The notes beneath the pieces are model-generated. The model saw only the letters and a list, made by a program, of their open reading frames with translations, made no database searches and was not told the origin of the DNA. This document shows, piece by piece, positions 46,000-56,329 of a stretch of 64,000 nucleotides of DNA. The position numbers were made by a program, and so were the translations under genes. The stretch is from Acidobacteriota bacterium (GTDB lineage Bacteria; Acidobacteriota; UBA6911), in NCBI GenBank assembly GCA_963664705.1, contig OY761556.1, positions 2,336,001 to 2,400,000 of the forward strand, read 5' to 3'. Within the stretch, counting starts at the first letter, position 1. Every line of letters begins with the position of its first letter.

Positions 46000-47412
46000 A
46001 TGGAACAAAAACAGGACATCAGGATCCTCGTGGTAGATGATGAAGACTATATGCGCGAAGTCGTCCGGGAGGCTCTTGAAAACGCTGGTTTCCATGTGGA
46101 CGAGGCGGCGGATGGCAAGATTGCCGTTTCCATGCTTCGCAAATTCCCTTATAACGTCATCATTACCGACCTGCGACTTCCGGGACTGACCGGGGAAACG
46201 ATTCTTGAGGAAGCTCTTGCCCTGTTCCCGGAAACGATCGTTATTCTGATGACCGGCTATGGAAACATCCAGTCGGCTGTGGAAGCGATCCGAAAAGGGG
46301 CCTATGACTATCTGCCCAAACCCTTCCAGCTCGATGAACTGGTAATGCGGGTTGAAAAGGGCCTGCAGGAGCATCAACTGAAATCCGAAAACCGTATGCT
46401 CCGAGGAGAATTGCAGGACAAATACCGCTTTTCCAATCTGGTGGGCAACAGCTCCGCCATGCAGAATATTTATCGGCTGGTCGGCCAGATTGCGCAGAAG
46501 AACAGCACCGTCCTGATTGAAGGAGAAACAGGCACCGGCAAGGAACTCATTGCCCGCGCCATTCACTACAACGGGCCGAGAAAAGACCAGCCGCTGGTAT
46601 CGGTGAACTGCGGGGCTATTCCGGGAAACCTCCTGGAAGATGAACTGTTCGGCCATGTCAAAGGGGCATTCACCAACGCGCATCAGCACAGAATCGGCAG
46701 GTTTGAGCAGGCAAATCACGGCACGCTGTTCCTGGATGAAGTATCGACCATGCCGATGGATTTGCAGGTGAAGCTGCTCCGTGTTCTACAGGAACGGGAG
46801 TTCGAACGGGTCGGCAGCACGACTACCGTTAAGGTGGACGTTCGGATTGTGGCGGCCACAAACGGAAACCTGCTCGAGGCGGTGGAAAAAGGGGAGTTCC
46901 GCGGCGATCTGTATTATCGGCTGAATGTCATCCCCATTCGCGTCCCGCCAATGAGGCAGCGGCGTGACGATGTCCCCCTGCTGGTCGCACATTTCACCAA
47001 GAAATACTGTATGGACCAAAAGGTACCGCTCAAGAGAGTCTCGCATGAAGCCATCAAGTACCTCATGGCGTATGAATGGCCCGGAAATGTACGACAGCTG
47101 GAAAACGCCGTTGAAATGGCGGTCGCTCTTTCAGGCGACCGGGATCTGCTGGATCTGGAGGATTTTCCGGTGGTCGCCCATCAGTCTGCCGCAGCCGCCG
47201 TTCTCCAATCCATCGAAATTCCGGACGACGGAATCAACTTCAATACCATGGTTTCAGACCTGGAAAAGCGCCTCATTCTCCAAAGTCTGGAGACGGCCGG
47301 CGGCAACAAGAAGAAAGCCGCTTCCCTTCTCCACCTGAAGCGAACCACCTTTGTCGAAAAACTCCGTCGAATGGGGATAGATTCCTCCGCGGATGACATG
47401 ATGGATATGTAA
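46000..47412 (+). CDS. sigma54 enhancer-binding protein, FleQ/FlrA-like master regulator with intact REC
   Basis: GETGTGKE, GAFTNA, HTH KRTTFVEKLR resembling FleQ RTTLVEK. Confidence 0.88.
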   Translation: MEQKQDIRILVVDDEDYMREVVREALENAGFHVDEAADGKIAVSMLRKFPYNVIITDLRLPGLTGETILEEALALFPETIVILMTGYGNIQSAVEAIRKGAYDYLPKPFQLDELVMRVEKGLQEHQLKSENRMLRGELQDKYRFSNLVGNSSAMQNIYRLVGQIAQKNSTVLIEGETGTGKELIARAIHYNGPRKDQPLVSVNCGAIPGNLLEDELFGHVKGAFTNAHQHRIGRFEQANHGTLFLDEVSTMPMDLQVKLLRVLQEREFERVGSTTTVKVDVRIVAATNGNLLEAVEKGEFRGDLYYRLNVIPIRVPPMRQRRDDVPLLVAHFTKKYCMDQKVPLKRVSHEAIKYLMAYEWPGNVRQLENAVEMAVALSGDRDLLDLEDFPVVAHQSAAAAVLQSIEIPDDGINFNTMVSDLEKRLILQSLETAGGNKKKAASLLHLKRTTFVEKLRRMGIDSSADDMMDM

Positions 47413-47646
47413 AATCGGCCCGCAATCGTGTCCGCAAATCGGCGGATTGCGCGATCCGATCCTCTCGTCCCGTTCACAGCTGCATTTACAGGCTGCGGCT
47501 CGCGCCGGAAAGCAATCCCGGATTCTACGGGTTTACCCCGCTCTCCATTCGGCCCGCCCAAAAGCCTGCATAATGCTCCCAACCAACGAATTCAGTTGTC
47601 CGGCCTTCGCCAATCTGCGAAAATCGGCCGTTTCAAGGAGGTAACC

Positions 47647-49032
47647 TTGTCCAGGAAAAAGCTGTGGGGTGGACGCTTTGCATCAGAGGAAGACCCGCTT
47701 TTCGCGGAGTTTAACGATTCCCTTCCATTCGACCAGGTTTTGCTGGAAGCAGACATCGTGGGAAGCCTTGCCTATGCCAGAGCCCTCGAGCGTGCCGGTG
47801 TTTTTACACGCAAAGAGAGATCAGCGGTAGAAAGAGGATTGAAACAGATCCTTGAAGAACACAAACAGGATCCAAAGGCCGTTGCCTCCAGCCAGGCAGA
47901 AGACGTTCATAGCTATGTCGAGGAAGCTCTCGGCAAAAAAGTGGGAGCGCTTGCCCTGAAACTGCATACCGGGCGAAGCCGCAATGACCAGGTAGCCACG
48001 GACCTCCGGCTCTATCTGAAACAGAAGGAAAATAACCTAGAGAGACAGATTAATGATTTATTGGAAACTATCGCTAATAAAGCAATAATAAACGATTCGA
48101 TAATCATGCCTGGGTATACGCATCTACAGCGGGCTCAACCGGTTCTCTTTGCCCATTTTCTACTGGCTTACGCAGAGATGTTCCTGCGGGACCGGCAAAG
48201 GCTGCGGGATGCGGCCGCGCGCACGAATATCTGTCCGCTGGGATCGGGAGCGCTGTCTGGAACCGTTTATTCCATTGATCGGGATGCCCTGGCGAAGGAT
48301 CTGGGTTTTGCCGCGGCCTCTCAGAATTCGATGGATGGGGTAGCGGACCGCGATTTCGTTCTCGATTTTCATTTCTTTGCCAGTACCCTCCTGATGCACC
48401 TGAGCAGGCTGGCCGAAGATCTGATTCTTTACAATTCCTCGGAATTCGGATTTGTTCAAATGGATGACAGCGTTTCTTCCGGCAGCAGTCTCATGCCTCA
48501 GAAGAAAAACCCGGATGCTCTGGAACTCATTCGGGGAAAGACGGGGCGCGTTTACGGCAACATGGTTTCCCTGCTTACCATCCTGAAGGGCCTGCCGATG
48601 ACCTACAACAAGGATCTGCAGGAAGACAAGGAATCTCTTTTCGATTCAGTCCGAGCCGTCGAGCAATCCGTGCGGATGATGCAGCGGATCATTGAGACGA
48701 TGCGAATCCAGCCGGAGCGCATGCTGGAATCGACAAAAAAGGGGTATTTGAATGCCACCGAACTCGCGGACTACCTGGTGGCCAAGGGGATGCCATTCCG
48801 CGAAGCACATCACCTGATCGGCCGCATTGTGATGCGCGCATCGGAGATCGGCGTTGCTTTGGAAGATATGCCGGTTCGCGAGTACCAGACCTTCACACCG
48901 CTCTTCAATGAGGATCTCTATGACTGCCTAAGTCTTAAGGGCATTGTCGCCCGAAGGAAAGAGCGCGGGGGGACGTCACCGGCGAGCGTGCGGGAATCGG
49001 TTCGGCTGTTGAGAAAGCGTATCCTGACTTAA
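47647..49032 (+). CDS. argH: argininosuccinate lyase
   Basis: KLWGGRF, HTGRSRNDQ, GSSLMPQKKNPD; TTG start after AAGGAGG. Confidence 0.97.
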   Translation: MSRKKLWGGRFASEEDPLFAEFNDSLPFDQVLLEADIVGSLAYARALERAGVFTRKERSAVERGLKQILEEHKQDPKAVASSQAEDVHSYVEEALGKKVGALALKLHTGRSRNDQVATDLRLYLKQKENNLERQINDLLETIANKAIINDSIIMPGYTHLQRAQPVLFAHFLLAYAEMFLRDRQRLRDAAARTNICPLGSGALSGTVYSIDRDALAKDLGFAAASQNSMDGVADRDFVLDFHFFASTLLMHLSRLAEDLILYNSSEFGFVQMDDSVSSGSSLMPQKKNPDALELIRGKTGRVYGNMVSLLTILKGLPMTYNKDLQEDKESLFDSVRAVEQSVRMMQRIIETMRIQPERMLESTKKGYLNATELADYLVAKGMPFREAHHLIGRIVMRASEIGVALEDMPVREYQTFTPLFNEDLYDCLSLKGIVARRKERGGTSPASVRESVRLLRKRILT

Positions 49033-49070
49033 CCGGGAGCCTCCCGGCTCCTGTCTCAGTTCTTGTATTA

Positions 49071-50999
49071 TCAATCTTCCAGATAGGTGTAGCTGTCGAG
49101 CGCATTCTGATACGACTCGGTAAAGGCTTCCCTATCTTCCGCGCTGATTTTTGACTGGGCTTCCGCATTTTGACCGATGCGGCGAAAGCTCTCCACGAGT
49201 TCCTGCGGCGAATATCCCACCGAGGCCAGAACCTGTCCCAGTGATTCGCCTCGAATCACTCTATCGATGTGCGGACGGCCGGCATCATCGACCAGAAAAT
49301 GGGCTTCGTTCGCCGAGCCAAGCAGGTTATGGTTCATTCCCAGCGATTCCTGATATGCACCCACGAGGAAAATGGCCAGGTAGTAAGGATCGGAATTCAC
49401 GCCATGCAGTTCAAGCGCCTGCTTAACATCCCGCAGGTCGACAAATTTATCAATCTGCCCATCGGAATCGCAGGTTATGTCGCAAAGCGTGCCCCGTTCG
49501 GTCGGTTCTTCTGTCAGCCTGGTTATGGGAATGATGGGGAAAAGCTGATCAAGCGCCCAACTATCCGGAGTCGACTGAAAAACAGAGAAATTGCAGATAT
49601 ATTTGCTTGCCAGGATATTTTCCAGGTCAATGAATTCCTCGGGGCGCTCCTTCATGGATCGGGAAAATTTGATGGCCTTGCGGCAAATCTCCCAGAAGAG
49701 CCACTCTCCGTGCGCTCGGTTCTGCAGATTCAGATAGCCGAGATTAAACAGGGACTGTAATTCCTCCCGGTGTTGCAGCGCATCGTGGTAATACTCGCGG
49801 AAATTCTTCGGATTGACATCCTTATACATATCCATCATTTCCCGAACAACTTCGGAGTCGACCTTCGAGGGGTCAATTTCCGATCCGCCTAGCCCGGGAT
49901 TCAGGGTACGGATGACATTGGTGATGCAGACCGCGTGGTGCGCAGCCAGGGCTCGTCCGCTTTCAGTCACAATTGTTGGAGGCGGCACATTTTCGGACTG
50001 GCAGATTTCATTGATGGTGTAGACGATGTCGTTGGCAAATTCCTGCATGCTGTAATTGACGCTGCAATCCGAAGCCGTCCGGCTCCCATCGTAATCGACG
50101 CCGAGGCCGCCGCCGACATTCAAAAACTCCGTCGGAAATCCCATCTTGTGCACTTTGGCGTAGACTCTGGCCGCCTCTTTGATGGCATTCTTGACGCGGC
50201 GGATATCGGTAATCTGCGAACCGATGTGAAAGTGGAGCATCTTGATCTGCCGTGTCACTTCCTGATCCGCGGCCAGTTTCAGAAGATCCAACAACTGAAT
50301 GGTATTGATGCCGAACTTTGAGGTCTCGCCGCCGGACTCCTCCCACTTCCCTGCCCCGCGGGAAAAAACACGTACGCGCACACCGAGCGAGGGATGAATG
50401 TTGAGGGCGGTCGATACCTCCGCAATTTTCTTAAGGTCCGAAACCTCCTCCATCACAATAATGGGGTTCTTCCCAATCTTTGTGGAAAGCATGGCCCATT
50501 CAAGAAACCGCCGGTCTTTGACGCCATTGCAGATCAGCAACGCATTCGGGTGGATGGGGAGCGTGAGTGCCGCGGCCAATTCGGCTTTGGTCCCTACTTC
50601 CAGACCATATTCGTAACGGTGTCCCGCTGCCAGGAGACGTTCAACGACGCTGCGTTTCTGGTTCACCTTCATCGGGTATACACCCCGATGACGCGCGCCG
50701 TAGTTGTATTCGGCAATGGAATTTCGGAAAGCCTCGTGCAGTTCCTTTATCTGGGTATCGAGAATCTGCGGGAAGCGCAGAAGAAAAGGGGGCTTGACAC
50801 GACGCTGCAACAGCGTCTGCACGAGAGAAATGACTTCGACTCCCATGAGGGGGTTGCGCGTCGGGTGAACCGTGAGGCAACCCTGTTCGCTGACTCCAAA
50901 GTATCCCCCACCCCAATTATCTACGCCGTAAATGCGATTCGGGATTTCGCTGGGTGACAGGCGAAGGCTTTGCGTAAATTCCTTCATCGGTTCGGACAC
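49071..50999 (-). CDS. speA: biosynthetic arginine decarboxylase
   Basis: VYPMKVNQ (PLP Lys), HFHIGSQ, VGGGLGVDY, DITCDSDG. Confidence 0.96.
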   Translation of the reverse strand: MSEPMKEFTQSLRLSPSEIPNRIYGVDNWGGGYFGVSEQGCLTVHPTRNPLMGVEVISLVQTLLQRRVKPPFLLRFPQILDTQIKELHEAFRNSIAEYNYGARHRGVYPMKVNQKRSVVERLLAAGHRYEYGLEVGTKAELAAALTLPIHPNALLICNGVKDRRFLEWAMLSTKIGKNPIIVMEEVSDLKKIAEVSTALNIHPSLGVRVRVFSRGAGKWEESGGETSKFGINTIQLLDLLKLAADQEVTRQIKMLHFHIGSQITDIRRVKNAIKEAARVYAKVHKMGFPTEFLNVGGGLGVDYDGSRTASDCSVNYSMQEFANDIVYTINEICQSENVPPPTIVTESGRALAAHHAVCITNVIRTLNPGLGGSEIDPSKVDSEVVREMMDMYKDVNPKNFREYYHDALQHREELQSLFNLGYLNLQNRAHGEWLFWEICRKAIKFSRSMKERPEEFIDLENILASKYICNFSVFQSTPDSWALDQLFPIIPITRLTEEPTERGTLCDITCDSDGQIDKFVDLRDVKQALELHGVNSDPYYLAIFLVGAYQESLGMNHNLLGSANEAHFLVDDAGRPHIDRVIRGESLGQVLASVGYSPQELVESFRRIGQNAEAQSKISAEDREAFTESYQNALDSYTYLED

Positions 51000-51021
51000 C
51001 TCTCAGCATGGGCAGAATATC

Positions 51022-51050
51022 AAATTACCAGACACGAATTTTCAAGGCAA
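51022..51050 (-). promoter_or_regulatory. sigma70 promoter of speA
   Basis: TTGCCT-N17-TAATTT with TG extension. Confidence 0.55.
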
Positions 51051-51081
51051 TAATGGATTCGCTCTGATCGCACCGTGCCGA

Positions 51082-51648
51082 TCAGGATTTGACGCGCTCC
51101 ATGTACTTGCCTTCGCTCGTGTCGACCCTGATCAATTCCCCTTCATTGACGAAGGGAGGCACCTGAATCACAAGCCCGGTTTCAAGCGTCGCAGGCTTGT
51201 TCACGTTGCTGACCGTGGCGCCGCGGAGCGCCGGCTCTGTGGAAACGACCCGCAATTCAACCGAGGCAGGCATATCAACTCCGATCGGCTTTCCCTCGTA
51301 CATTTCGATCTGCAGTTTGATATTCGGCATCATGAAGGGAATGGCATCTTCGAGAAGATCCGAGGGCAGATGAAACTGTTCAAAGGACTCGGTGTTCATA
51401 AAATAGTAATCCGAGCCATCGGAATAAAGGTATTCCACTTCGTGTGTTTCAAGATAGGCCTGGTCCACTCGATCTTCTGAACGGAACCGGTGTTCAATAA
51501 TCGACCCCGATTTCACCGACTTCAGCTTGGTTTGAACCATGCCGCGCCAGTTGCCTGGCGTGATGTGCTGAAATGAGAACACACGATACAGTTCGTTGTT
51601 CAGTTTGATAGTCATGCCACGCTTAATTTGAGTCGCCGCGATCATCAT
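51082..51648 (-). CDS. efp: elongation factor P
   Basis: KPATLETG..IQVPPF, loop HITPGNWRG. Confidence 0.97.
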   Translation of the reverse strand: MMIAATQIKRGMTIKLNNELYRVFSFQHITPGNWRGMVQTKLKSVKSGSIIEHRFRSEDRVDQAYLETHEVEYLYSDGSDYYFMNTESFEQFHLPSDLLEDAIPFMMPNIKLQIEMYEGKPIGVDMPASVELRVVSTEPALRGATVSNVNKPATLETGLVIQVPPFVNEGELIRVDTSEGKYMERVKS

Positions 51649-51674
51649 GCTGAAAACCCCATTTTGAATGCGTC

Positions 51675-51703
51675 ATATTACTCGAACCCCGTCCCGCTTA
51701 CAA
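51675..51703 (-). promoter_or_regulatory. sigma70 promoter of efp
   Basis: TTGTAA-N17-TAATAT. Confidence 0.6.
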
Positions 51704-51715
51704 GACCGGCAGGGT

Positions 51716-52381
51716 TCATTTGACCAATTTTTCCGATTCACCGGTGGCAATCTCATCCGACGTCCGCCTGCGTTGCCTCATGGCCTCGATAACCGCCGGC
51801 AGCAGTGACAGCACAACGATTACGGCAATAACGATATGGATATGTTTATCAACGTCCGGGATTGTTGAGCCCAGAAAATAGCCCAGCAATGTCATGCTCC
51901 AGACCCAGAGAAAGCCGCCAAAGATATCATAGGAAAGGAAGCGCCGATAGTCCATACGCCCGATTCCGGCAACGGGAGAAGCAAAGGTTCGAATGATCGG
52001 GACAAACCGGGCCAGAACCACGGTCTTTCCGCCATACCTGGAATAAAAATCGTGCGCCCTTTCCAAATGCTTCTTCTTGAACAACAGAGAGTCATTTCTT
52101 TTGTACAGAGCCGCACCCGCCCTGCGCCCGATCCAATAGCCCAGCTGATCTCCGGCAACGGCGCAAAGCCAGACCAGAGACAGCAGCCAACCCAGGTGCA
52201 GATGCCCGGCGGCGGCAAAGACTCCCGCGGTGACCAGGAGCGAATCCCCAGGAAGAAAGAAGCCGACGAAAAGCCCTGTTTCGACAAACACAATGCCGCA
52301 TACCAGCAGCATCCCGCCCCACTGGATCAGCCCCTTGATATCCGTCAGGAGATGGTAAGCATTGTTCAGCAACTCGAGCAT
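51716..52381 (-). CDS. dedA: DedA family membrane protein
   Basis: ETGLFVGFFLPGDSLL, ARFVPIIRTF. Confidence 0.95.
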   Translation of the reverse strand: MLELLNNAYHLLTDIKGLIQWGGMLLVCGIVFVETGLFVGFFLPGDSLLVTAGVFAAAGHLHLGWLLSLVWLCAVAGDQLGYWIGRRAGAALYKRNDSLLFKKKHLERAHDFYSRYGGKTVVLARFVPIIRTFASPVAGIGRMDYRRFLSYDIFGGFLWVWSMTLLGYFLGSTIPDVDKHIHIVIAVIVVLSLLPAVIEAMRQRRRTSDEIATGESEKLVK

Positions 52382-52731
52382 TCAGGACTCCTTTATCGCC
52401 GGGTTCCGCGAGATTAACCGACTGATCGAGCCAGACCGAAAGGTTATCGAAGTATCATCCATCGGCTCACAAGCATCGATACATGCGTCCCGGGTTTACA
52501 CACCCCGGATCCTTCTTATCGGCGCGTTCGGTCACCGTCGATTCCAATAAATGGAAGATCTGGAGCTTCTCTTGGACGGGAGGAATTCGAACCAATGGAG
52601 ACTGCCTGCAGTCCCCATTGGTTATATCAGCAAAAGCAACGGGTCTGGCGGAAAAGTCGTTTGGGGAGTTCCGGCACAAAACAAACGGCAATTCCTGCAT
52701 TTGGAGCCCCGCAAATCCAGACAAGGCGGGA

Positions 52732-53289
52732 TCAGATCTCGAGAATCTCAGCTTCCTTTTTCTTCTGCAGATCTTCGATTTTCGTGATATGCGCGTTGGT
52801 CATGTCCTGCACCTTCTTCAGCGCATCCTTCTCTTCGTCCTCGGAGATCTTCTTGTCCTTCAGATAAGCCTTTAATTGGTCGTTCGTGTCATGCCTGACC
52901 TGGCGGACGGCCACCTTATGCTGCTCGCTGATGTGTCCCACAGATTTTGCCAGCTGTTTGCGCCTGTCCTGCGTAAGCGGAGGGATGGGCAAACGTATAA
53001 CCTTTCCGTCATTGGTTGGATTCAACCCCAGATCGGAGGTCAGGATGGCTTTTTCGATGGCAGAAATAGTGGACGGGTCCCAGGGTTGGATGACGATTAC
53101 CGTTGGATCCGGCGCGGCCAGCGAAGCCATCTGATTCAGCGGAGTCGGAGTCCCATAATAATTCGCCTGAACGTGATCGAGGATGCTGACCGAGGCACGG
53201 CCGGTACGGATTGTCGCCAGATTCTGCTGCATATCACTTACACACTTTTCCATGCCTTTTTTGGTCGCATCCAACAACTGTCGGATCAT
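52732..53289 (-). CDS. frr: ribosome recycling factor
   Basis: IRTGRAS, LGLNPTNDG, PPLTQDRRK. Confidence 0.98.
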   Translation of the reverse strand: MIRQLLDATKKGMEKCVSDMQQNLATIRTGRASVSILDHVQANYYGTPTPLNQMASLAAPDPTVIVIQPWDPSTISAIEKAILTSDLGLNPTNDGKVIRLPIPPLTQDRRKQLAKSVGHISEQHKVAVRQVRHDTNDQLKAYLKDKKISEDEEKDALKKVQDMTNAHITKIEDLQKKKEAEILEI

Positions 53290-53306
53290 GATTCGTGCCT
53301 CCTTGT

Positions 53307-54041
53307 CTATGCGTGTATGACGGAACCCAACTTCGACCCCAGCACTACATCCTTTATGTTGCCACGTCGCAGAAGGTTGAAAATAATGATAGGCAGTTTG
53401 TTTTCCATGCAGAGCGTTATTGCGGTGGTATCCATGACTCGCAGGTCCTTTTCCAGGACCTCCCGATAGGTGATCGTTTCAAACATCTTGGCAGAAGGGT
53501 TCAGCATCGGATCGGAATCATACAAGCCATCGACCTTGGTGGCTTTCAGTATGGCTTCAGCCCCAATTTCCATGGCACGCAAAGCTGCGGCGGTATCGGT
53601 GGAAAAGTATGGATTGCCGGTCCCGGCGCCAAAAATGACAACGCGGCCCTTCTCGAGGTGACGGATTGCCCTTCTGCGGATGAAGGGTTCGGCCACCTCT
53701 TTCATTTCAATCGCCGATTGGACGCGTGTGTGCACGCCCAGTTTCTCCAGGGCGTTCTGCAACGCAAGGGCATTGATGACCGTGGCGAGCATGCCCATGT
53801 AATCGCCGCTGACCCTGTCCATTCCGGCAGCGCTGACGGAAATACCGCGAACGATATTCCCCCCCCCTACAGTCGCAGCGACCTGGACTCCAATCGCGTG
53901 CAGTTCGGCAATTTCCTCCGCTATACGGGCTGCCATTGCCGGATCTACGCCGAAACGCTGCCCACCCATCAGGGCTTCACCGCTCAATTTGAGCAGCACG
54001 CGCTGGAACCGAGGTTTTACTTCCGGGCGATTCTCTTCCAT
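53307..54041 (-). CDS. pyrH: uridylate kinase
   Basis: [19 protein letters not shown]. Confidence 0.98.
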   Translation of the reverse strand: MEENRPEVKPRFQRVLLKLSGEALMGGQRFGVDPAMAARIAEEIAELHAIGVQVAATVGGGNIVRGISVSAAGMDRVSGDYMGMLATVINALALQNALEKLGVHTRVQSAIEMKEVAEPFIRRRAIRHLEKGRVVIFGAGTGNPYFSTDTAAALRAMEIGAEAILKATKVDGLYDSDPMLNPSAKMFETITYREVLEKDLRVMDTTAITLCMENKLPIIIFNLLRRGNIKDVVLGSKLGSVIHA

Positions 54042-54107
54042 CGGCCTCCTCCCGAGAGTACGGTGAAGGATTGATGATTCAGAACTACAGTATGCGCGTT
54101 GGCAACG

Positions 54108-54698
54108 CTATTCGCCCAGCTTGTAGCGAACAAACCGGCGAACCTGGATATTCTCGCCGATTTTTTGGATATGAGCCACGATGAGGGCGCCAACTGTTGT
54201 GCTGGCATCCTTTACAAATGGCTGTTCCAGAAGACAGGCTTCAGTGTAGTACTTGGACATCCGGCCTTCAACAATTTTGTCCAGCACGTTCTCGGGCTTT
54301 CCAGTCGCCCTGGCCTGTTCTTTATAGATTTCGCGCTCGCTGGCCAGCACATCTTCCGTTACATCTTCCTTGCGGATGAAGCGCGGATCGCTCGCAGCTA
54401 TATGCATGGCAATGTCGTGTACCAATACCTGGAAATCCGGATTTCTGGCTACAAAGTCCGATTCGCAATTCACTTCGACCATAACGCCGATTTTGCCATT
54501 GTGGATATAGGATCCAATCAATCCATCCTTTGTTTCACGACCTGACTTTTTGGCCGCAGATGCCAGACCACGTTTACGAAGGACCGTGACCGCAGCATCA
54601 ATGTCACCATTGGCTTCCTGAAGCGCTGCCTTGCACTCCATCATACCGACGCCGGTTTTCTCTCTGAGTTCCTTTACCATTTGCGGGGTAATGGCCAT
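54108..54698 (-). CDS. tsf: elongation factor Ts (short form)
   Basis: VKELREKTG.GMMECK, EVNCESDFVA. Confidence 0.98.
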   Translation of the reverse strand: MAITPQMVKELREKTGVGMMECKAALQEANGDIDAAVTVLRKRGLASAAKKSGRETKDGLIGSYIHNGKIGVMVEVNCESDFVARNPDFQVLVHDIAMHIAASDPRFIRKEDVTEDVLASEREIYKEQARATGKPENVLDKIVEGRMSKYYTEACLLEQPFVKDASTTVGALIVAHIQKIGENIQVRRFVRYKLGE

Positions 54699-54772
54699 AA
54701 CATGCCTCCTAAAATTCTGTTCTCCGCATGCAGACTCGTGCGCGTGTTAGCCGCACATCGGTCCAAAATACT

Positions 54773-54801
54773 CCGAAACCCCGGGTTATCCGGGGTTTCG
54801 G
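54773..54801 (-). terminator. strong hairpin between rpsB and tsf (attenuator-like)
   Basis: CCGAAACCCCGG-N5-CCGGGGTTTCGG perfect 12-bp stem. Confidence 0.6.
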
Positions 54802-54839
54802 TAATTGTAGGGTGGAAAAGTTTGAAGCGAGACGACGCT

Positions 54840-55865
54840 TTAGCTGCCGGATTGTTCGTCAGCCGGCTCTCCTCCCGGTGCAGGCGCGCTCGCAGCCTCA
54901 TCCACAGGAGCAGAGGAAGATTCCGCCGCCTCAGGCTTTCTAGGTGGCTTGGCCTTCCGTTGCAGCGTTTTGCGAACAGTGGTTTTGGGCCTGGAAGCAT
55001 CCGCAGATGCGCCTTCGACCGGAGCGACGGTTTCGGCCGGTTCTTTGCCCTCGGCCGCTTTTCGTGCTTCAGCGGCATTGGCAGCCGCTTTGGCAGCGGC
55101 TTCACGCGCCGCCGCAGCCTGCTGAGCCTGGACCTGTCGTTGCTTTTCCATCTGCTCGGCTTGTTCTTTCTGCTGAGCTTCGAAAACAGCCTTTCCTTCC
55201 AGGTAAGCCTGCGAAATCGTATCAGTAATCAGTCGAATGGCGCGAAGAGCGTCATCATTTCCCGGAATGATGTAATCAATCTCATCGGGATCACAATTCG
55301 TATCGGCAACACCAATCACCGGGATACCCAGCTTGACGGCCTCTTTGATGGCAATCGTCTCAAGCCTTGTGTCAATGACAAAAAGGGCATCCGGCAATCC
55401 ATTCATTTCCTTGATACCGGACAGGTTCTTCTCGAGCTTTTTGCGTTCGCGCTCGTAGCGGGCAACCTCTTTTTTGGAGAAGAGGTCATACTGTCCATTG
55501 GCTCGCATTGATTCGAGTTCACGAAACCGCTTGAGGCTCTTCTGAATGGTGACGAAGTTCGTAAGCAGCCCACCCAGCCAGCGCTGGTTCACATAAAACA
55601 TCTGCGTGCGCTGAGCCGCTTCCTGGATCGCGTCCTGAGCCTGCCGCTTTGTCCCCAGAAACAGAATCGTCTTCCCCTGGGCACCCATTTCATACATAAA
55701 CTGAATTGCATTTTTGAAAAGCCGCAGGCTCTTCTGCAAATCAATAATGTATATTCCGTTTCTTTGTCCGAAAATATATTCCTTCATTTTCGGATTCCAG
55801 CGTTTGGTCTGATGGCCGAAATGAACACCGGCCTCCAGCAATTGCTTCATGGTTATCGAAACCAA
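54840..55865 (-). CDS. rpsB: 30S protein S2 with Ala/Glu/Lys-rich tail
   Basis: [17 protein letters not shown]. Confidence 0.98.
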   Translation of the reverse strand: MVSITMKQLLEAGVHFGHQTKRWNPKMKEYIFGQRNGIYIIDLQKSLRLFKNAIQFMYEMGAQGKTILFLGTKRQAQDAIQEAAQRTQMFYVNQRWLGGLLTNFVTIQKSLKRFRELESMRANGQYDLFSKKEVARYERERKKLEKNLSGIKEMNGLPDALFVIDTRLETIAIKEAVKLGIPVIGVADTNCDPDEIDYIIPGNDDALRAIRLITDTISQAYLEGKAVFEAQQKEQAEQMEKQRQVQAQQAAAAREAAAKAAANAAEARKAAEGKEPAETVAPVEGASADASRPKTTVRKTLQRKAKPPRKPEAAESSSAPVDEAASAPAPGGEPADEQSGS

Positions 55866-55882
55866 ATAGAACCTCCTCAGGT

Positions 55883-56275
55883 TTATCGCTTTGAGAATTG
55901 GAATCTCTTGCGAGCTCCCTTTTGACCATATTTCTTTCGTTCTTTAATGCGGGAGTCTCGGCTGAGCAGCCCTGCTCTCTTCAACCTGGGACGCAGTTCC
56001 GTATTGAACTGCAGGAGTGCATTCGCTATCCCAAGACGGATGGCCCCGGCCTGACCGGAGGTGCCGCCGCCATTCACGATAGCGCGGATGTCAAACTTGC
56101 CCAAGTTGTCAGTAACCGCCAACGGATAGCGGATGACAGTGCGCTGGGTTTCGTTCTTAAAGTACTCGGTCAAATCCCGCTTATTCACAATCACCTGGCC
56201 CGCGCCAGGCAATAAACGCACACGAGCCGTAGAACTTTTTCTTTTTCCCGTTCCGTAGTATTCGACGATTGCCAT
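55883..56275 (-). CDS. rpsI: 30S protein S9
   Basis: [19 protein letters not shown]. Confidence 0.98.
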   Translation of the reverse strand: MAIVEYYGTGKRKSSTARVRLLPGAGQVIVNKRDLTEYFKNETQRTVIRYPLAVTDNLGKFDIRAIVNGGGTSGQAGAIRLGIANALLQFNTELRPRLKRAGLLSRDSRIKERKKYGQKGARKRFQFSKR

Positions 56276-56329
56276 TCAACTCCTTAGCTTGACACAGAGT
56301 GCAAAGATCATTCGGTTTTAAAGAATGTG

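Noticed and set aside
1-47412. c-di-GMP-I/II riboswitch in flagellar leaders; non-flagellar T3SS interpretation
   Set aside because: No GGCAAA..GAAA..ACGCAAA architecture in the spacers; flagellin, hook and L/P rings make it flagellar
47428-47646. N-terminal extension of ArgH; ARG box
   Set aside because: Strong SD precedes TTG 47647; TGCATAAT lacks the second half-site
52382-52731. yybP-ykoY riboswitch, 6S RNA, tmRNA or RNase P RNA
   Set aside because: Conserved cores of these families not found by eye on the relevant strand
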